Sequence record: PP526941.1
Strand: one strand, 5' to 3'
DNA: 64,000 bases
Source: Escherichia phage vB_EcoM_ECO78
Position 1 is the first letter of the stretch. The number at the start of each line of letters is the position of its first letter. Under the pieces are notes generated by a model. That model searched no databases. It was not told the DNA's origin and worked only from the letters and a program-made list of their open reading frames with translations. A program made the translations under genes and the position numbers. Positions 43,457 to 55,470 of the stretch are shown here, piece by piece.

Positions 43457-45167
43457 TAACCTTAATTGGTTTGTTGGTGTTGTTGAAGATAGAATGGACC
43501 CATTAAAATTAGGTCGTGTTCGTGTTCGTGTGGTTGGTCTGCATCCACCACAAAGAGCACAAGGTGATGTAATGGGTATTCCAACCGATAAATTACCATG
43601 GATGTCAGTTATTCAACCTATAACTTCTGCAGCAATGTCTGGAATTGGAGGTTCTGTTACTGGACCGGTAGAAGGAACTAGAGTTTATGGTCATTTTTTA
43701 GACAAATGGAAAACTAACGGAATTGTCCTTGGCACGTATGGCGGGATAGTTCGCGAAAAACCTAATAGACTTGAAGGATTTTCTGACCCAACTGGACAGT
43801 ATCCTAGACGTCTAGGAAATGATACTAACGTATTAAACCAAGGCGGAGAAGTAGGATATGATTCGTCTTCTAATATTATCCAAGATAGTAATCTAGACAC
43901 TGCGATAAATCCCGATGATAGACCGCTATCAGAGATTCCAACTGATGATAATCCAAATATGTCAATGGCTGAAATGCTTCGCCGTGATGAAGGATTAAGA
44001 CTAAAAGTTTATTGGGATACAGAAGGATATCCGACAATTGGTATTGGTCATCTTATCATGAAGCAGCCAGTTCGTGATATGGCTCAAATTAATAAAGTTT
44101 TATCAAAACAGGTTGGTCGTGAAATTACCGGAAATCCAGGTTCTATTACAATGGAAGAAGCGGTAACTTTATTTGAACGTGATTTAGCTGATATGCAACG
44201 TGACATTAAATCACATTCTAAAGTTGGCCCAGTCTGGCAGGCAGTTAATCGTTCTCGTCAAATGGCATTAGAAAATATGGCATTTCAGATGGGTGTTGGC
44301 GGTGTAGCTAAATTTAACACAATGTTAACTGCTATGTTAGCTGGAGATTGGGAAAAAGCATATAAAGCCGGTCGTGATTCATTGTGGTATCAACAAACAA
44401 AAGGCCGTGCATCCCGTGTTACCATGATTATTCTTACGGGAAATTTGGAATCATATGGTGTTGAAGTGAAAACCCCAGCTAGGTCTTTATCAGCAATGGC
44501 TGCTACTGTAGCTAAATCTTCTGACCCTGCTGACCCTCCTATTCCAAATGACTCGAGAATTTTATTTAAAGAGCCAGTTTCTTCATATAAAGGTGAATAT
44601 CCTTATGTGCATACAATGGAAACTGAAAGCGGACATATCCAAGAATTTGATGATACCCCTGGGCAAGAACGATATAGATTAGTTCATCCAACTGGAACTT
44701 ATGAAGAAGTATCACCGTCAGGAAGAAGAACAAGAAAAACTGTTGATAATTTGTATGATATAACCAACGCTGATGGTAATTTTTTGGTAGCCGGTGATAA
44801 AAAGACTAACGTCGGTGGATCAGAAATTTATTACAACATGGATAATCGTCTTCACCAAATAGATGGAAGCAATACAATATTTGTACGTGGCGATGAAACT
44901 AAGACGGTTGAAGGTAATGGAACTATCCTAGTTAAAGGTAATGTTACTATTGTAGTTGAAGGTAATGCTGACATTACAGTTAAAGGAGATGCTACCACTT
45001 TAGTTGAAGGAAATCAAACTAACACAGTAAATGGAAATCTTTCTTGGAAAGTTGCTGGGACAGTTGATTGGGACGTTGGTGGTGATTGGACAGAAAAAAT
45101 GGCATCTATGAGTTCTATTTCATCTGGTCAATACACAATTGATGGATCGAGGATTGACATTGGCTAA
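43440..45167 (+). CDS. 5: Baseplate hub / tail lysozyme gp5
   Basis: 575 aa; internal T4-lysozyme-like domain MAEMLRRDEGLRLKVYWDTEGYPTIGIGHLI; C-terminal VxGxxxxx beta-helix repeats. Confidence 0.9.
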   Translation: MEMISNNLNWFVGVVEDRMDPLKLGRVRVRVVGLHPPQRAQGDVMGIPTDKLPWMSVIQPITSAAMSGIGGSVTGPVEGTRVYGHFLDKWKTNGIVLGTYGGIVREKPNRLEGFSDPTGQYPRRLGNDTNVLNQGGEVGYDSSSNIIQDSNLDTAINPDDRPLSEIPTDDNPNMSMAEMLRRDEGLRLKVYWDTEGYPTIGIGHLIMKQPVRDMAQINKVLSKQVGREITGNPGSITMEEAVTLFERDLADMQRDIKSHSKVGPVWQAVNRSRQMALENMAFQMGVGGVAKFNTMLTAMLAGDWEKAYKAGRDSLWYQQTKGRASRVTMIILTGNLESYGVEVKTPARSLSAMAATVAKSSDPADPPIPNDSRILFKEPVSSYKGEYPYVHTMETESGHIQEFDDTPGQERYRLVHPTGTYEEVSPSGRRTRKTVDNLYDITNADGNFLVAGDKKTNVGGSEIYYNMDNRLHQIDGSNTIFVRGDETKTVEGNGTILVKGNVTIVVEGNADITVKGDATTLVEGNQTNTVNGNLSWKVAGTVDWDVGGDWTEKMASMSSISSGQYTIDGSRIDIG

Positions 45168-45696
45168 TATACTTCCAATGAGCGCTGATTTAGGAGAATC
45201 CATGGAAGGTTCTTCTATCGACGTCACCTTTACCGCTCAATTAGAAACAGGTGAAACGTTAGTATCTATAAATATAACTAGTTACGAAGAAACTCCTGGG
45301 GTTTTAGTAGAAGAAAATCGCTTATATGGAACATATGAATCTGTATTTGGTTTTGGAAATGACGCGTTGAAATATCGTTTAGGCGATGAATTTAAAACTG
45401 CTGCTTCATGGGAAGAACTTCCTACTGATTCTGACACTCAGTTGTATTTGTGGAAAGCTCCTCAGAATCTCCAGAAGACATTCACTTACGAAGTAACATT
45501 AATATATGACTACCAAGAACAAAGTGAATCTGGAGGTTCTGGCAGTAATTCTAGATCATCTTCTGATACTACTGAACCAACGGATCCTCCTGCTCCAGTA
45601 AGAAAAACTCTCGTTAAAAATTATACTAAAACTATAGTTGGAAATTGGAGCCGTTGGGCTAATAAATTGAGAAGCTATGTGTATGAGAGGCCATAA
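45142..45696 (+). CDS. 5.1: Hypothetical protein 5.1
   Basis: ORF between gp5 and gp5.4; track ORF begins at TTG, first ATG at 45142. Confidence 0.6.
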
Positions 45697-45990
45697 ATGT
45701 CAGGATTAAGTTATGATAAGTGTGTTACTGCTGGCCATGAAGCGTGGCCTCCAACAGTTGTGAATGCTACACAAAGTAAAGTATTCACTGGAGGAATTGC
45801 TGTTCTCGTAGCAGGCGATCCAATTACAGAACACACAGAAATTAAAAAGCCATATGAAACACATGGCGGAGTGACACAACCTAGAACTTCTAAGGTATAT
45901 GTCACTGGAAAGAAAGCTGTTCAAATGGCTGATCCAATATCATGCGGTGATACTGTGGCTCAGGCATCATCTAAAGTATTCATTAAATAG
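45697..45990 (+). CDS. 5.4: PAAR-repeat tail spike tip protein gp5.4
   Basis: 97 aa; small Cys/His-containing protein directly upstream of gp6, as T4 gp5.4. Confidence 0.8.
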
Positions 45991-45998
45991 GATTTAAA

Positions 45999-47981
45999 AT
46001 GGCAAATACCCCTGTAAATTATCAATTAACAAGAACAGCAAATGCTATTCCCGAGATATTCGTCGGGGGTACGTTTGCTGAAATAAAACAAAACCTCATT
46101 GAATGGCTTAATGGCCAAAATGAATTTTTGGATTATGATTTTGAAGGCTCAAGATTAAACGTTCTGTGTGACCTTTTGGCTTATAATACGCTGTACATTC
46201 AGCAGTTTGGTAATGCTGCTGTATATGAAAGCTTTATGCGTACTGCTAACTTACGAAGTTCAGTTGTTCAAGCTGCACAAGATAACGGATATTTACCTAC
46301 TTCAAAATCAGCTGCTCAAACTGAAATTATGCTAACTTGTACAGACGCATTGAATAGAAATTACATTACAATTCCTCGCGGAACTCGCTTTTTAGCATAT
46401 GCAAAAGATACTTCTGTTAATCCATATAACTTCGTTTCTACCGAAGACGTTATTGCTATTCGTGATAAAAATAACCAATATTTTCCACGTTTAAAATTGG
46501 CCCAGGGACGTATAGTAAGAACTGAAATCATTTATGATAAATTAACACCTATTATCATTTATGATAAAAATATTGATAGAAACCAGGTTAAATTATATGT
46601 TGATGGAGCGGAATGGATTAACTGGACGAGAAAGTCAATGGTTCATGCTGGTTCTACATCAACAATTTATTATATGCGTGAAACTATTGATGGAAACACT
46701 GAATTCTATTTTGGCGAAGGTGAAATTTCTGTTAATGCTTCTGAAGGAGCTTTGACTGCTAATTATATTGGAGGTCTTAAACCTACTCAGAACTCTACGA
46801 TTGTCATTGAGTACATCAGTACTAATGGTGCTGAAGCGAACGGCGCAGTCGGATTTTCATACGCAGATACATTAACAAATATAACTGTCATCAATATTAA
46901 TGAAAATCCAAACGATGACCCAGATTTTGTTGGGGCAGATGGAGGCGGTGATCCAGAAGATATTGAGCGTATCCGCGAATTGGGTACTATTAAACGCGAA
47001 ACTCAGCAACGATGCGTAACTGCAACTGACTATGATACATTCGTTTCAGAGAGATTTGGTTCTATTATTCAAGCTGTTCAGACTTTCACTGATTCTACTA
47101 AACCTGGTTATGCATTTATTGCTGCTAAACCTAAATCAGGCCTGTATTTAACTACCGTACAGCGTGAAGATATTAAAAATTATCTCAAAGACTATAATTT
47201 AGCTCCTATTACGCCATCAATTATTTCTCCTAATTATCTTTTTATTAAGACTAATTTAAAAGTCACATATGCTTTAAATAAACTGCAAGAATCCGAGCAG
47301 TGGCTTGAAGGTCAAATAATTGATAAAATTGATCGCTATTATACCGAAGATGTAGAAATTTTTAACTCGTCTTTTGCCAAGTCTAAGATGTTAACTTATG
47401 TAGATGATGCAGACCATTCTATCATTGGTTCATCAGCGACAATTCAAATTGTTCGTGAAGTACAAAACTTCTATAAAACACCTGAAGCAGGTATTAAATA
47501 CAATAATCAAATAAAAGATCGTTCTATGGAATCTAATACGTTTTCATTTAATTCTGGACGAAAGGTTGTAAATCCTGATACTGGTTTAGAAGAAGATGTA
47601 TTATATGACGTTCGTATAGTATCAACAGACCGAGATTCTAAAGGAATTGGTAAAGTTATTATTGGTCCATTTGCTTCTGGCGATGTTACAGAAAATGAAA
47701 ACATTCAGCCGTATACAGGCAACGATTTTAACAAATTAGCAAATTCTGATGGACGCGACAAATACTATGTTATCGGTGAAATAAATTATCCAGCTGATGT
47801 GATTTATTGGAATATCGCTAAAATTAATTTAACATCTGAAAAATTTGAGGTTCAGACTATTGAATTATATTCTGACCCAACCGATGATGTTATCTTTACT
47901 CGCGATGGTTCACTGATTGTATTTGAAAATGACTTACGTCCACAATACTTAACTATCGATTTGGAGCCTATATCACAATGA
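45999..47981 (+). CDS. 6: Baseplate wedge protein gp6
   Basis: 660 aa, same length as T4 gp6; synteny. Confidence 0.85.
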   Translation: MANTPVNYQLTRTANAIPEIFVGGTFAEIKQNLIEWLNGQNEFLDYDFEGSRLNVLCDLLAYNTLYIQQFGNAAVYESFMRTANLRSSVVQAAQDNGYLPTSKSAAQTEIMLTCTDALNRNYITIPRGTRFLAYAKDTSVNPYNFVSTEDVIAIRDKNNQYFPRLKLAQGRIVRTEIIYDKLTPIIIYDKNIDRNQVKLYVDGAEWINWTRKSMVHAGSTSTIYYMRETIDGNTEFYFGEGEISVNASEGALTANYIGGLKPTQNSTIVIEYISTNGAEANGAVGFSYADTLTNITVININENPNDDPDFVGADGGGDPEDIERIRELGTIKRETQQRCVTATDYDTFVSERFGSIIQAVQTFTDSTKPGYAFIAAKPKSGLYLTTVQREDIKNYLKDYNLAPITPSIISPNYLFIKTNLKVTYALNKLQESEQWLEGQIIDKIDRYYTEDVEIFNSSFAKSKMLTYVDDADHSIIGSSATIQIVREVQNFYKTPEAGIKYNNQIKDRSMESNTFSFNSGRKVVNPDTGLEEDVLYDVRIVSTDRDSKGIGKVIIGPFASGDVTENENIQPYTGNDFNKLANSDGRDKYYVIGEINYPADVIYWNIAKINLTSEKFEVQTIELYSDPTDDVIFTRDGSLIVFENDLRPQYLTIDLEPISQ

Positions 47982-50900
47982 CAGTAAAAGCACCTTCAGT
48001 CACTAGTCTCAGAATTTCCAAGTTATCCGCAAATCAGGTGCAAGTACGCTGGGATGACGTTGGTGCTAATTTCTACTATTTTGTAGAAATCGCTGAGACA
48101 AAAACAGACTCGGGGGAAAATCTCCCGAGCGATCAATATCGTTGGATTAATTTAGGATATACAGCAAACAATAGTTTCTTTTTTGATGATGCTGATCCAC
48201 TAACATCATACATCATTAGAGTAGCTACAGCTGCACAAGATTTTGAGCAATCTGATTGGGTTTATACAGAAGAGTTTGAAACTTTTGCTACGAATGCTTA
48301 CACATTTCAAAACATGATTGAAATGCAATTAGCCAATAAATTCATTCAGGAAAAATTTACTCTTAATAATTCTGATTATGTTAATTTTAATAATGATACT
48401 ATAATGGCTGCATTGATGAATGAATCATTTCAATTCAGCCCATCATATGTTGATGTTTCATCAATCAGTAATTTTATTATTGGTGAAAATGAGTATCATG
48501 AAATACAAGGTTCTATTCAACAAGTATGTAAGGATATTAACCGAGTTTATTTGATGGAATCAGAAGGGATTCTATATCTTTTTGAGCGTTATCAACCTGT
48601 AGTTAAAGTATCCAATGATAAAGGACAAACTTGGAAAGCTGTAAAGCTCTTCAATGACCGTGTAGGATATCCTTTATCTAAGACAGTATATTACCAATCT
48701 GCGAACACAACATACGTTCTAGGATACGACAAGATTTTCTACGGCCGCAAATCTACTGATGTTAGATGGTCAGCCGATGATGTCAGATTTAGTTCTCAGG
48801 ATATAACATTTGCTAAACTTGGCGACCAATTACATTTAGGATTTGATGTAGAAATTTTTGCCACTTACGCGACTTTACCAGCGAATGTATATCGCATTGC
48901 AGAAGCTATTACTTGCACCGATGATTACATTTACGTTGTCGCCAGAGACAAAGTTAGATACATAAAAACGAGTAATGCACCTATAGATTCTGATCCATTA
49001 TCTCCAACATATTCGGAAAGACTTTTTGAACCTGATACAATGACTATAACCGGAAATCCTAAAGCAGTATGCTATAAAATGGATTCTATCGGTGATAAAG
49101 TTTTTGCTCTTATTATTGGTGAAGTTGAAACATTAAATGCTAATCCTAGAACATCAAAAATAATTGATTCTGCTGATAAAGGAATATATGTTTTAAATCA
49201 TGACGAAAAGACGTGGAAAAGAGTTTTTGGTAATACCGAAGAAGAAAGAAGACGTATTCAACCCGGATATGCGAATATGTCAACTGACGGTAAATTAGTT
49301 TCTCTGTCTTCGAGTAATTTTAAATTTTTAAGCGATAATGTTGTTAATGACCCTGAAACTGCAGCAAAATATCAGTTAATTGGCGCTGTTAAATATGAAT
49401 TTCCTCGTGAATGGTTAGCTGATAAGCATTATCATATGATGGCATTTATAGCGGATGAAACATCTGATTGGGAGACTTTTACTCCTCAACCAATGAAATA
49501 CTACGCAGAACCATTCTTTAACTGGTCTAAAAAATCTAACACACGTTGTTGGATAAACAACTCTGATAGAGCTGTAGTAGTTTATGCTGATTTAAAATAC
49601 ACCAAAGTTATAGAAAATATTCCGGAAACATCACCAGATAGATTAGTTCATGAATACTGGGATGATGGTGATTGCACTATAGTAATGCCAAATGTCAAAT
49701 TCACTGGATTTAAAAAATACGCATCAGGAATGCTTTTCTACAAAGCCTCCGGTGAAATAATTTCTTACTATGATTTTAACTATCGTGTGAGAGATACAGT
49801 AGAAATTATTTGGAAACCTACTGAAGTATTTTTAAAAGCATTTTTACAAAACCAAGAGCATGAGACTCCTTGGTCACCAGAAGAAGAGCGTGGACTAGCT
49901 GACCCTGATTTAAGACCATTAATTGGCACAATGATGCCTGATTCTTATTTGTTACAGGATTCAAATTTTGAGGCATTTTGCGAAGCATATATTCAATATC
50001 TTTCTGATGGATACGGAACTCAATATAATAATTTACGGAATCTTATTCGTAATCAGTATCCACGAGAAGAGCATGCATGGGAATATTTGTGGTCAGAGAT
50101 ATATAAAAGAAACATTTATTTAAATGCTGATAAACGTGATGCTGTTGCGAGATTCTTTGAATCACGTAGCTATGATTTTTATTCTACTAAAGGAATTGAA
50201 GCATCATACAAGTTTCTTTTTAAAGTTCTTTATAATGAAGAAGTTGAAATTGAAATTGAATCTGGGGCTGGTACTGAATATGATATAATCGTTCAATCTG
50301 ATTCTTTGACTGAAGATTTAGTAGGACAAACGATTTATACGGCAACAGGAAGATGTAATGTTACTTATATAGAAAGAAGCTATTCTAATGGTAAATTGCA
50401 ATGGACCGTAACTATTCATAATCTTTTAGGACGATTAATTGCTGGTCAAGAAGTTAAAGCAGAAAGACTCCCTAGTTTTGAAGGCGAAATTATTCGTGGG
50501 GTTAAAGGAAAGGATTTGCTTCAAAACAATATAGACTATATTAATAGAAGTAGATCATACTATGTAATGAAAATTAAATCCAATTTACCTTCTTCTCGTT
50601 GGAAATCTGACGTTATTCGTTTTGTTCATCCAGTAGGATTTGGATTTATAGCAATTACACTTTTAACAATGTTTATTAATGTTGGTTTAACTCTTAAACA
50701 TACAGAGACTATAATTAATAAATACAAAAACTATAAATGGGATTCTGGATTGCCTACTGAATATGCTGATAGAGTAGCTAAATTAACTCCAACCGGCGAA
50801 ATTGAGCATGACTCAGTAACAGGCGAAGCAATTTATGAGCCTGGCCCAATGGCTGGTGTAAAATATCCTCTTCCTGATGACTATAATGCTGAAAATAATA

Positions 50901-51076
50901 ATTCAATATTTCAAGGTCAATTGCCGTCTGAACGACGTAAATTAATGAGTCCTTTATTTGATGCATCTGGAACAACATTTGCACAATTTAGGGATTTAGT
51001 TAATAAACGTCTAAAAGACAATATAGGAAATCCAAGAGACCCTGAAAATCCAACACAGGTTAAAATAGATGAATGA
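47978..51076 (+). CDS. 7: Baseplate wedge protein gp7
   Basis: 1032 aa, same length as T4 gp7; synteny. Confidence 0.85.
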   Translation: MTVKAPSVTSLRISKLSANQVQVRWDDVGANFYYFVEIAETKTDSGENLPSDQYRWINLGYTANNSFFFDDADPLTSYIIRVATAAQDFEQSDWVYTEEFETFATNAYTFQNMIEMQLANKFIQEKFTLNNSDYVNFNNDTIMAALMNESFQFSPSYVDVSSISNFIIGENEYHEIQGSIQQVCKDINRVYLMESEGILYLFERYQPVVKVSNDKGQTWKAVKLFNDRVGYPLSKTVYYQSANTTYVLGYDKIFYGRKSTDVRWSADDVRFSSQDITFAKLGDQLHLGFDVEIFATYATLPANVYRIAEAITCTDDYIYVVARDKVRYIKTSNAPIDSDPLSPTYSERLFEPDTMTITGNPKAVCYKMDSIGDKVFALIIGEVETLNANPRTSKIIDSADKGIYVLNHDEKTWKRVFGNTEEERRRIQPGYANMSTDGKLVSLSSSNFKFLSDNVVNDPETAAKYQLIGAVKYEFPREWLADKHYHMMAFIADETSDWETFTPQPMKYYAEPFFNWSKKSNTRCWINNSDRAVVVYADLKYTKVIENIPETSPDRLVHEYWDDGDCTIVMPNVKFTGFKKYASGMLFYKASGEIISYYDFNYRVRDTVEIIWKPTEVFLKAFLQNQEHETPWSPEEERGLADPDLRPLIGTMMPDSYLLQDSNFEAFCEAYIQYLSDGYGTQYNNLRNLIRNQYPREEHAWEYLWSEIYKRNIYLNADKRDAVARFFESRSYDFYSTKGIEASYKFLFKVLYNEEVEIEIESGAGTEYDIIVQSDSLTEDLVGQTIYTATGRCNVTYIERSYSNGKLQWTVTIHNLLGRLIAGQEVKAERLPSFEGEIIRGVKGKDLLQNNIDYINRSRSYYVMKIKSNLPSSRWKSDVIRFVHPVGFGFIAITLLTMFINVGLTLKHTETIINKYKNYKWDSGLPTEYADRVAKLTPTGEIEHDSVTGEAIYEPGPMAGVKYPLPDDYNAENNNSIFQGQLPSERRKLMSPLFDASGTTFAQFRDLVNKRLKDNIGNPRDPENPTQVKIDE

Positions 51077-52073
51077 TTCAAGTGTTATCTATCGTGCGAT
51101 AGTTACTTCAAAATTTAGAACAGAAAAAATGTTGAATTTTTATAATTCAATTGGAAGTGGTCCGGATAAAAACACTATCTTTATCACATTTGGAAGATCA
51201 GAACCGTGGTCATCAAATGAAAATGAGGTGGGCTTTGCCCCACCTTATCCAACCGATTCTGTATTAGGCGTAACTGACATGTGGACGCATATGATGGGAA
51301 CCGTAAAAGTTCTTCCATCAATGCTTGATGCAGTTATTCCTCGTCGAGATTGGGGAGATACTCGATATCCTGATCCATACACATTTAGAATTAACGATAT
51401 TGTAGTGTGTAACTCAGCTCCTTACAACGCTACTGAATCAGGCGCAGGCTGGTTAGTATATCGTTGTTTAGATGTTCCTGATACCGGAATGTGTTCAATA
51501 ACATCTTTAACTGATAAGGATGAATGCCTTAAGTTAGGTGGAAAATGGACTCCTTCTGCTAGGTCAATGACTCCGCCTGAAGGCCGAGGAGATGCTGAAG
51601 GAACAATTGAACCCGGAGACGGGTATGTGTGGGAATATCTATTTGAGATTCCGCCTGATGTATCTATAAACAGATGCACGAATGAATATATCGTGGTTCC
51701 TTGGCCTGAGGAATTAAAAGAAGACCCGACTAGATGGGGGTATGAAGATAATCTCACTTGGCAACAAGATGATTTTGGATTAATTTATCGTGTTAAGGCA
51801 AATACTATCCGTTTTAAAGCATATTTAGATTCAGTTTATTTTCCTGAAGCTGCATTGCCGGGAAATAAAGGATTTAGACAAATATCAATAATCACGAATC
51901 CTCTTGAAGCTAAAGCTCATCCAAATGACCCAAACGTTAAAGCTGAAAAGGATTATTATGACCCAGAAGATTTAATGAGGCATTCGGGTGAAATGATTTA
52001 TATGGAAAATAGGCCACCTATTATTATGGCAATGGATCAAACAGAAGAAATCAATATTCTGTTTACATTTTAA
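51069..52073 (+). CDS. 8: Baseplate wedge protein gp8
   Basis: 334 aa, same length as T4 gp8; followed by terminator. Confidence 0.85.
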   Translation: MNDSSVIYRAIVTSKFRTEKMLNFYNSIGSGPDKNTIFITFGRSEPWSSNENEVGFAPPYPTDSVLGVTDMWTHMMGTVKVLPSMLDAVIPRRDWGDTRYPDPYTFRINDIVVCNSAPYNATESGAGWLVYRCLDVPDTGMCSITSLTDKDECLKLGGKWTPSARSMTPPEGRGDAEGTIEPGDGYVWEYLFEIPPDVSINRCTNEYIVVPWPEELKEDPTRWGYEDNLTWQQDDFGLIYRVKANTIRFKAYLDSVYFPEAALPGNKGFRQISIITNPLEAKAHPNDPNVKAEKDYYDPEDLMRHSGEMIYMENRPPIIMAMDQTEEINILFTF

Positions 52074-52078
52074 ATTAA

Positions 52079-52101
52079 GGGAGCCCATGGGCTCCCTTTT
52101 T
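52079..52101 (+). terminator. Rho-independent terminator after gene 8
   Basis: GGGAGCCC-AUG-GGCUCCC hairpin followed by UUUUU on plus transcript. Confidence 0.7.
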
Positions 52102-52104
52102 CTT

Positions 52105-52112
52105 TATAAATA
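52105..52112 (+). promoter_or_regulatory. Late promoter TATAAATA for gene 9
   Basis: TATAAATACTAT on plus strand about 25 nt before gp9 ATG. Confidence 0.65.
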
Positions 52113-52136
52113 CTATAAACTCATAAGGAAACCGCT

Positions 52137-53003
52137 ATGTTCATTCAAGAACCAAAGAAATTGATTGATACCGGCGAAATTGGTAACGCTTCTACTGGTG
52201 ATATCTTATTCGACGGTGGTAATAAAATTAATAGTGATTTTAACGCAATTTATAATGCGTTTGGCGATCAGCGTAAAATGGCAGTAGCAAATGGTACTGG
52301 CGCTGATGGCCAAATTATCCATGCTACTGGATATTATCAAAAACACACTATCGCAGAGTATGCAACTCCTGTAAAAGTTGGTACTAGGCATGATATTGAT
52401 ACTTCTACCGTAGGCGTAAAAGTTATTATTGAAAGAGGAGAACTTGGTGATTGTGTTGAATTTATTAACTCTAATGGATCAATATCAGTTACTAATCCTT
52501 TAACTATTCAAGCCATTGATTCAATTAAAGGCGTTTCAGGTAATTTAGTAGTAACTAGCCCATATAGTAAAGTTACTTTACGCTGTATTTCATCTGATAA
52601 TTCTACGTCGGTTTGGAATTATTCTATTGAAAGTATGTTTGGACAAAAGGAATCACCAGCTGAAGGTACATGGAATATTTCTACATCCGGATCAGTTGAT
52701 ATTCCATTATTTCATCGTACTGAATACAATATGGCTAAATTGCTAGTTACGTGCCAATCGGTAGATGGAAGAAAAATTAAAACAGCAGAAATAAATATTC
52801 TTGTGGATACTGTTAATTCAGAGGTAATTTCTTCTGAATATGCTGTCATGCGGGTTGGGAATGAAACCGAAGAAGACGAAATCGCTAATATTGCATTTAG
52901 TATTAAAGAAAATTACGTAACGGCGACTATAAGTTCTTCAACTGTCGGTATGAGAGCAGCAGTTAAAGTTATCGCTACGCAGAAAATCGGGGTGGCTCAA
53001 TAA
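52137..53003 (+). CDS. 9: Baseplate wedge / long tail fibre socket protein gp9
   Basis: 288 aa, same length as T4 gp9; synteny. Confidence 0.85.
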   Translation: MFIQEPKKLIDTGEIGNASTGDILFDGGNKINSDFNAIYNAFGDQRKMAVANGTGADGQIIHATGYYQKHTIAEYATPVKVGTRHDIDTSTVGVKVIIERGELGDCVEFINSNGSISVTNPLTIQAIDSIKGVSGNLVVTSPYSKVTLRCISSDNSTSVWNYSIESMFGQKESPAEGTWNISTSGSVDIPLFHRTEYNMAKLLVTCQSVDGRKIKTAEINILVDTVNSEVISSEYAVMRVGNETEEDEIANIAFSIKENYVTATISSSTVGMRAAVKVIATQKIGVAQ

Positions 53004-54811
53004 TGAAACAAAATATTAATATCGGTAATGTTGTAGATGATGGTACCGGTGACTACCTGCGTAAAGGTGGTATAAAAATAAATGAAAACTTTGATGAGCT
53101 TTATTATGAACTCGGTGATGGTGATGTTCCATATTCAGCCGGTGCCTGGAAAACTTATAATGCTTCATCAGGACAAACATTAACAGCAGAATGGGGAAAA
53201 TCATACGCTATTAATACATCTTCTGGAAGAGTGACTATAAATCTTCCAAAGGGTACAGTTAATGATTACAACAAGGTAATTAGAGCTAGAGACGTATTTG
53301 CTACATGGAACGTTAATCCAGTTACACTCGTAGCTGCTTCCGGCGATACGATTAAAGGGTCTGCAGTACCAGTTGAAATTAATGTTCAATTCAGCGATTT
53401 AGAACTAGTGTATTGCGCCCCAGGACGTTGGGAATATGTCAAAAATAAACAAATTGACAAAATTACCAGTTCAGACATTAGTAATGTAGCTCGTAAAGAA
53501 TTTTTAGTTGAAGTTCAAGGACAAACGGACTTTTTAGATGTTTTCCGTGGAACTAGTTATAATGTAAATAACATCAGAGTAAAACATCGTGGTAACGAAT
53601 TGTATTACGGCGATGTATTTAGTGAAAACAGCGATTTTGGCTCTCCGGGCGAAAATGAAGGAGAACTAGTTCCTCTTGATGGATTTAATATTCGATTAAG
53701 ACAGCCTTGTAATATTGGCGACACTGTTCAAATTGAAACATTTATGGATGGTGTATCGCAGTGGAGAAGTTCATATACAAGACGTCAAATTAGACTGTTA
53801 GATTCAAAATTAACGTCAAAAACTTCTCTAGAAGGAAGCATTTACGTTACTGATTTATCAACAATGAAATCAATTCCATTTTCTGCTTTTGGATTAATTC
53901 CAGGAGAACCTATTAATCCAAACTCTCTTGAGGTTCGTTTTAATGGAATTTTGCAGGAATTGGCTGGCACAGTTGGAATGCCATTATTTCATTGTGTTGG
54001 TGCCGATTCAGACGATGAAGTAGAATGCTCTGTTTTAGGTGGAACTTGGGAACAATCTCATACCGATTATTCAGTTGAAACTGATGAAAACGGCATACCG
54101 GAAATTTTACATTTCGATAGAGTATTTGAGCATGGTGACATTATCAATATCACCTGGTTTAATAATGATTTGGGTACATTATTAACAAAAGATGAGATTA
54201 TTGATGAAACTGATAATCTCTATGTATCGCAAGGACCGGGAGTAGATATTTCTGGTGATGTAAATTTAACAGACTTCGATAAAATTGGTTGGCCAAATGT
54301 AGAAGCAGTTCAATCTTATCAACGCGAATTTAATGCTGTTTCAAATATCTTTGATACGATTTATCCTATTGGAACTATATATGAAAACGCTGTTAATCCA
54401 AACAACCCTGTTACATATATGGGATTCGGCTCATGGAAATTATTTGGGCAAGGAAAAGTTTTAGTTGGATGGAATGAAGATATTTCGGACCCTAACTTTG
54501 CTCTAAATAACAACGATTTAGATTCGGGTGGAAATCCTTCGCATACTGCAGGTGGAACAGGTGGTTCTACTTCTGTTACATTGGAAAATGCTAATCTTCC
54601 TGCAACTGAAACAGATGAAGAAGTTCTAATAGTTGATGAAAATGGATCAGTCATTGTTGGTGGGTGTCAATACGATCCAGATGAATCCGGTCCAATCTAC
54701 ACTAAATACCGTGAATCTAAAGCATCTACTAACTCTACTCACACTCCGCCAACATCAATAACTAACATTCAACCATATATTACAGTTTATCGTTGGATAA
54801 GGATTGCATAA
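53003..54811 (+). CDS. 10: Baseplate wedge protein gp10
   Basis: 602 aa, same length as T4 gp10; synteny. Confidence 0.85.
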   Translation: MKQNINIGNVVDDGTGDYLRKGGIKINENFDELYYELGDGDVPYSAGAWKTYNASSGQTLTAEWGKSYAINTSSGRVTINLPKGTVNDYNKVIRARDVFATWNVNPVTLVAASGDTIKGSAVPVEINVQFSDLELVYCAPGRWEYVKNKQIDKITSSDISNVARKEFLVEVQGQTDFLDVFRGTSYNVNNIRVKHRGNELYYGDVFSENSDFGSPGENEGELVPLDGFNIRLRQPCNIGDTVQIETFMDGVSQWRSSYTRRQIRLLDSKLTSKTSLEGSIYVTDLSTMKSIPFSAFGLIPGEPINPNSLEVRFNGILQELAGTVGMPLFHCVGADSDDEVECSVLGGTWEQSHTDYSVETDENGIPEILHFDRVFEHGDIINITWFNNDLGTLLTKDEIIDETDNLYVSQGPGVDISGDVNLTDFDKIGWPNVEAVQSYQREFNAVSNIFDTIYPIGTIYENAVNPNNPVTYMGFGSWKLFGQGKVLVGWNEDISDPNFALNNNDLDSGGNPSHTAGGTGGSTSVTLENANLPATETDEEVLIVDENGSVIVGGCQYDPDESGPIYTKYRESKASTNSTHTPPTSITNIQPYITVYRWIRIA

Positions 54812-55470
54812 TGAGTTTACTTAATAATAAAGCGGGAGTTATTTCCCGCTTAGCCGATTTTCTTGGTTTTAGACCTAAAGCTGGTAATATAGATGTAATG
54901 AATCGTCAATCAGTTGGGTCAGTGACAATTTCTCAATTAGCGAAAGGATTTTATGAACCAAACGTAGAATCAGCTATTAATGACGTTCATAATTTTTCTA
55001 TAAAAGACGTTGGTACAATTATTACTAATAAAACTGGTGTTTCTCCTGAGGGTGTTTCTCAAACTGATTATTGGGCATTTTCTGGAACTGTAACAGACGA
55101 TTCTCTTCCTCCTGGTTCTCCTGTTACAGTATTAGTATTTGGTCTTCCAGTTTCAGCAACAACTGGAATGACGGCAATTGAGTTTGTTGCAAAAGTTCGT
55201 GTTGCCCTTCAAGAAGCTATTGCGTCATTTACTGCTATCAACTCATATAAAGACCATCCAACAGATGGTAGTAAATTAGAAGTTACTTATTTAGATAATC
55301 AAAAACATGTATTAAGCACATATTCTACATATGGAATAACTATTTCGCAGGAAATTATTTCTGAGTCTAAACCTGGCTATGGTACATGGAATTTATTAGG
55401 CGCGCAAACTGTAACTTTAGATAATCAGCAGACTCCTACAGTATTTTATCATTTTGAGAGAACAGCATGA
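54811..55470 (+). CDS. 11: Baseplate wedge / short tail fibre socket protein gp11
   Basis: 219 aa from ATG at 54811 ([10 protein letters not shown]...); track ORF begins at upstream TTG. Confidence 0.85.
   Translation: MSLLNNKAGVISRLADFLGFRPKAGNIDVMNRQSVGSVTISQLAKGFYEPNVESAINDVHNFSIKDVGTIITNKTGVSPEGVSQTDYWAFSGTVTDDSLPPGSPVTVLVFGLPVSATTGMTAIEFVAKVRVALQEAIASFTAINSYKDHPTDGSKLEVTYLDNQKHVLSTYSTYGITISQEIISESKPGYGTWNLLGAQTVTLDNQQTPTVFYHFERTA

Noticed and set aside
43691-43900. Minus-strand ORF (69 aa) inside gene 5
   Set aside because: Embedded antisense in a long, well-supported late gene.
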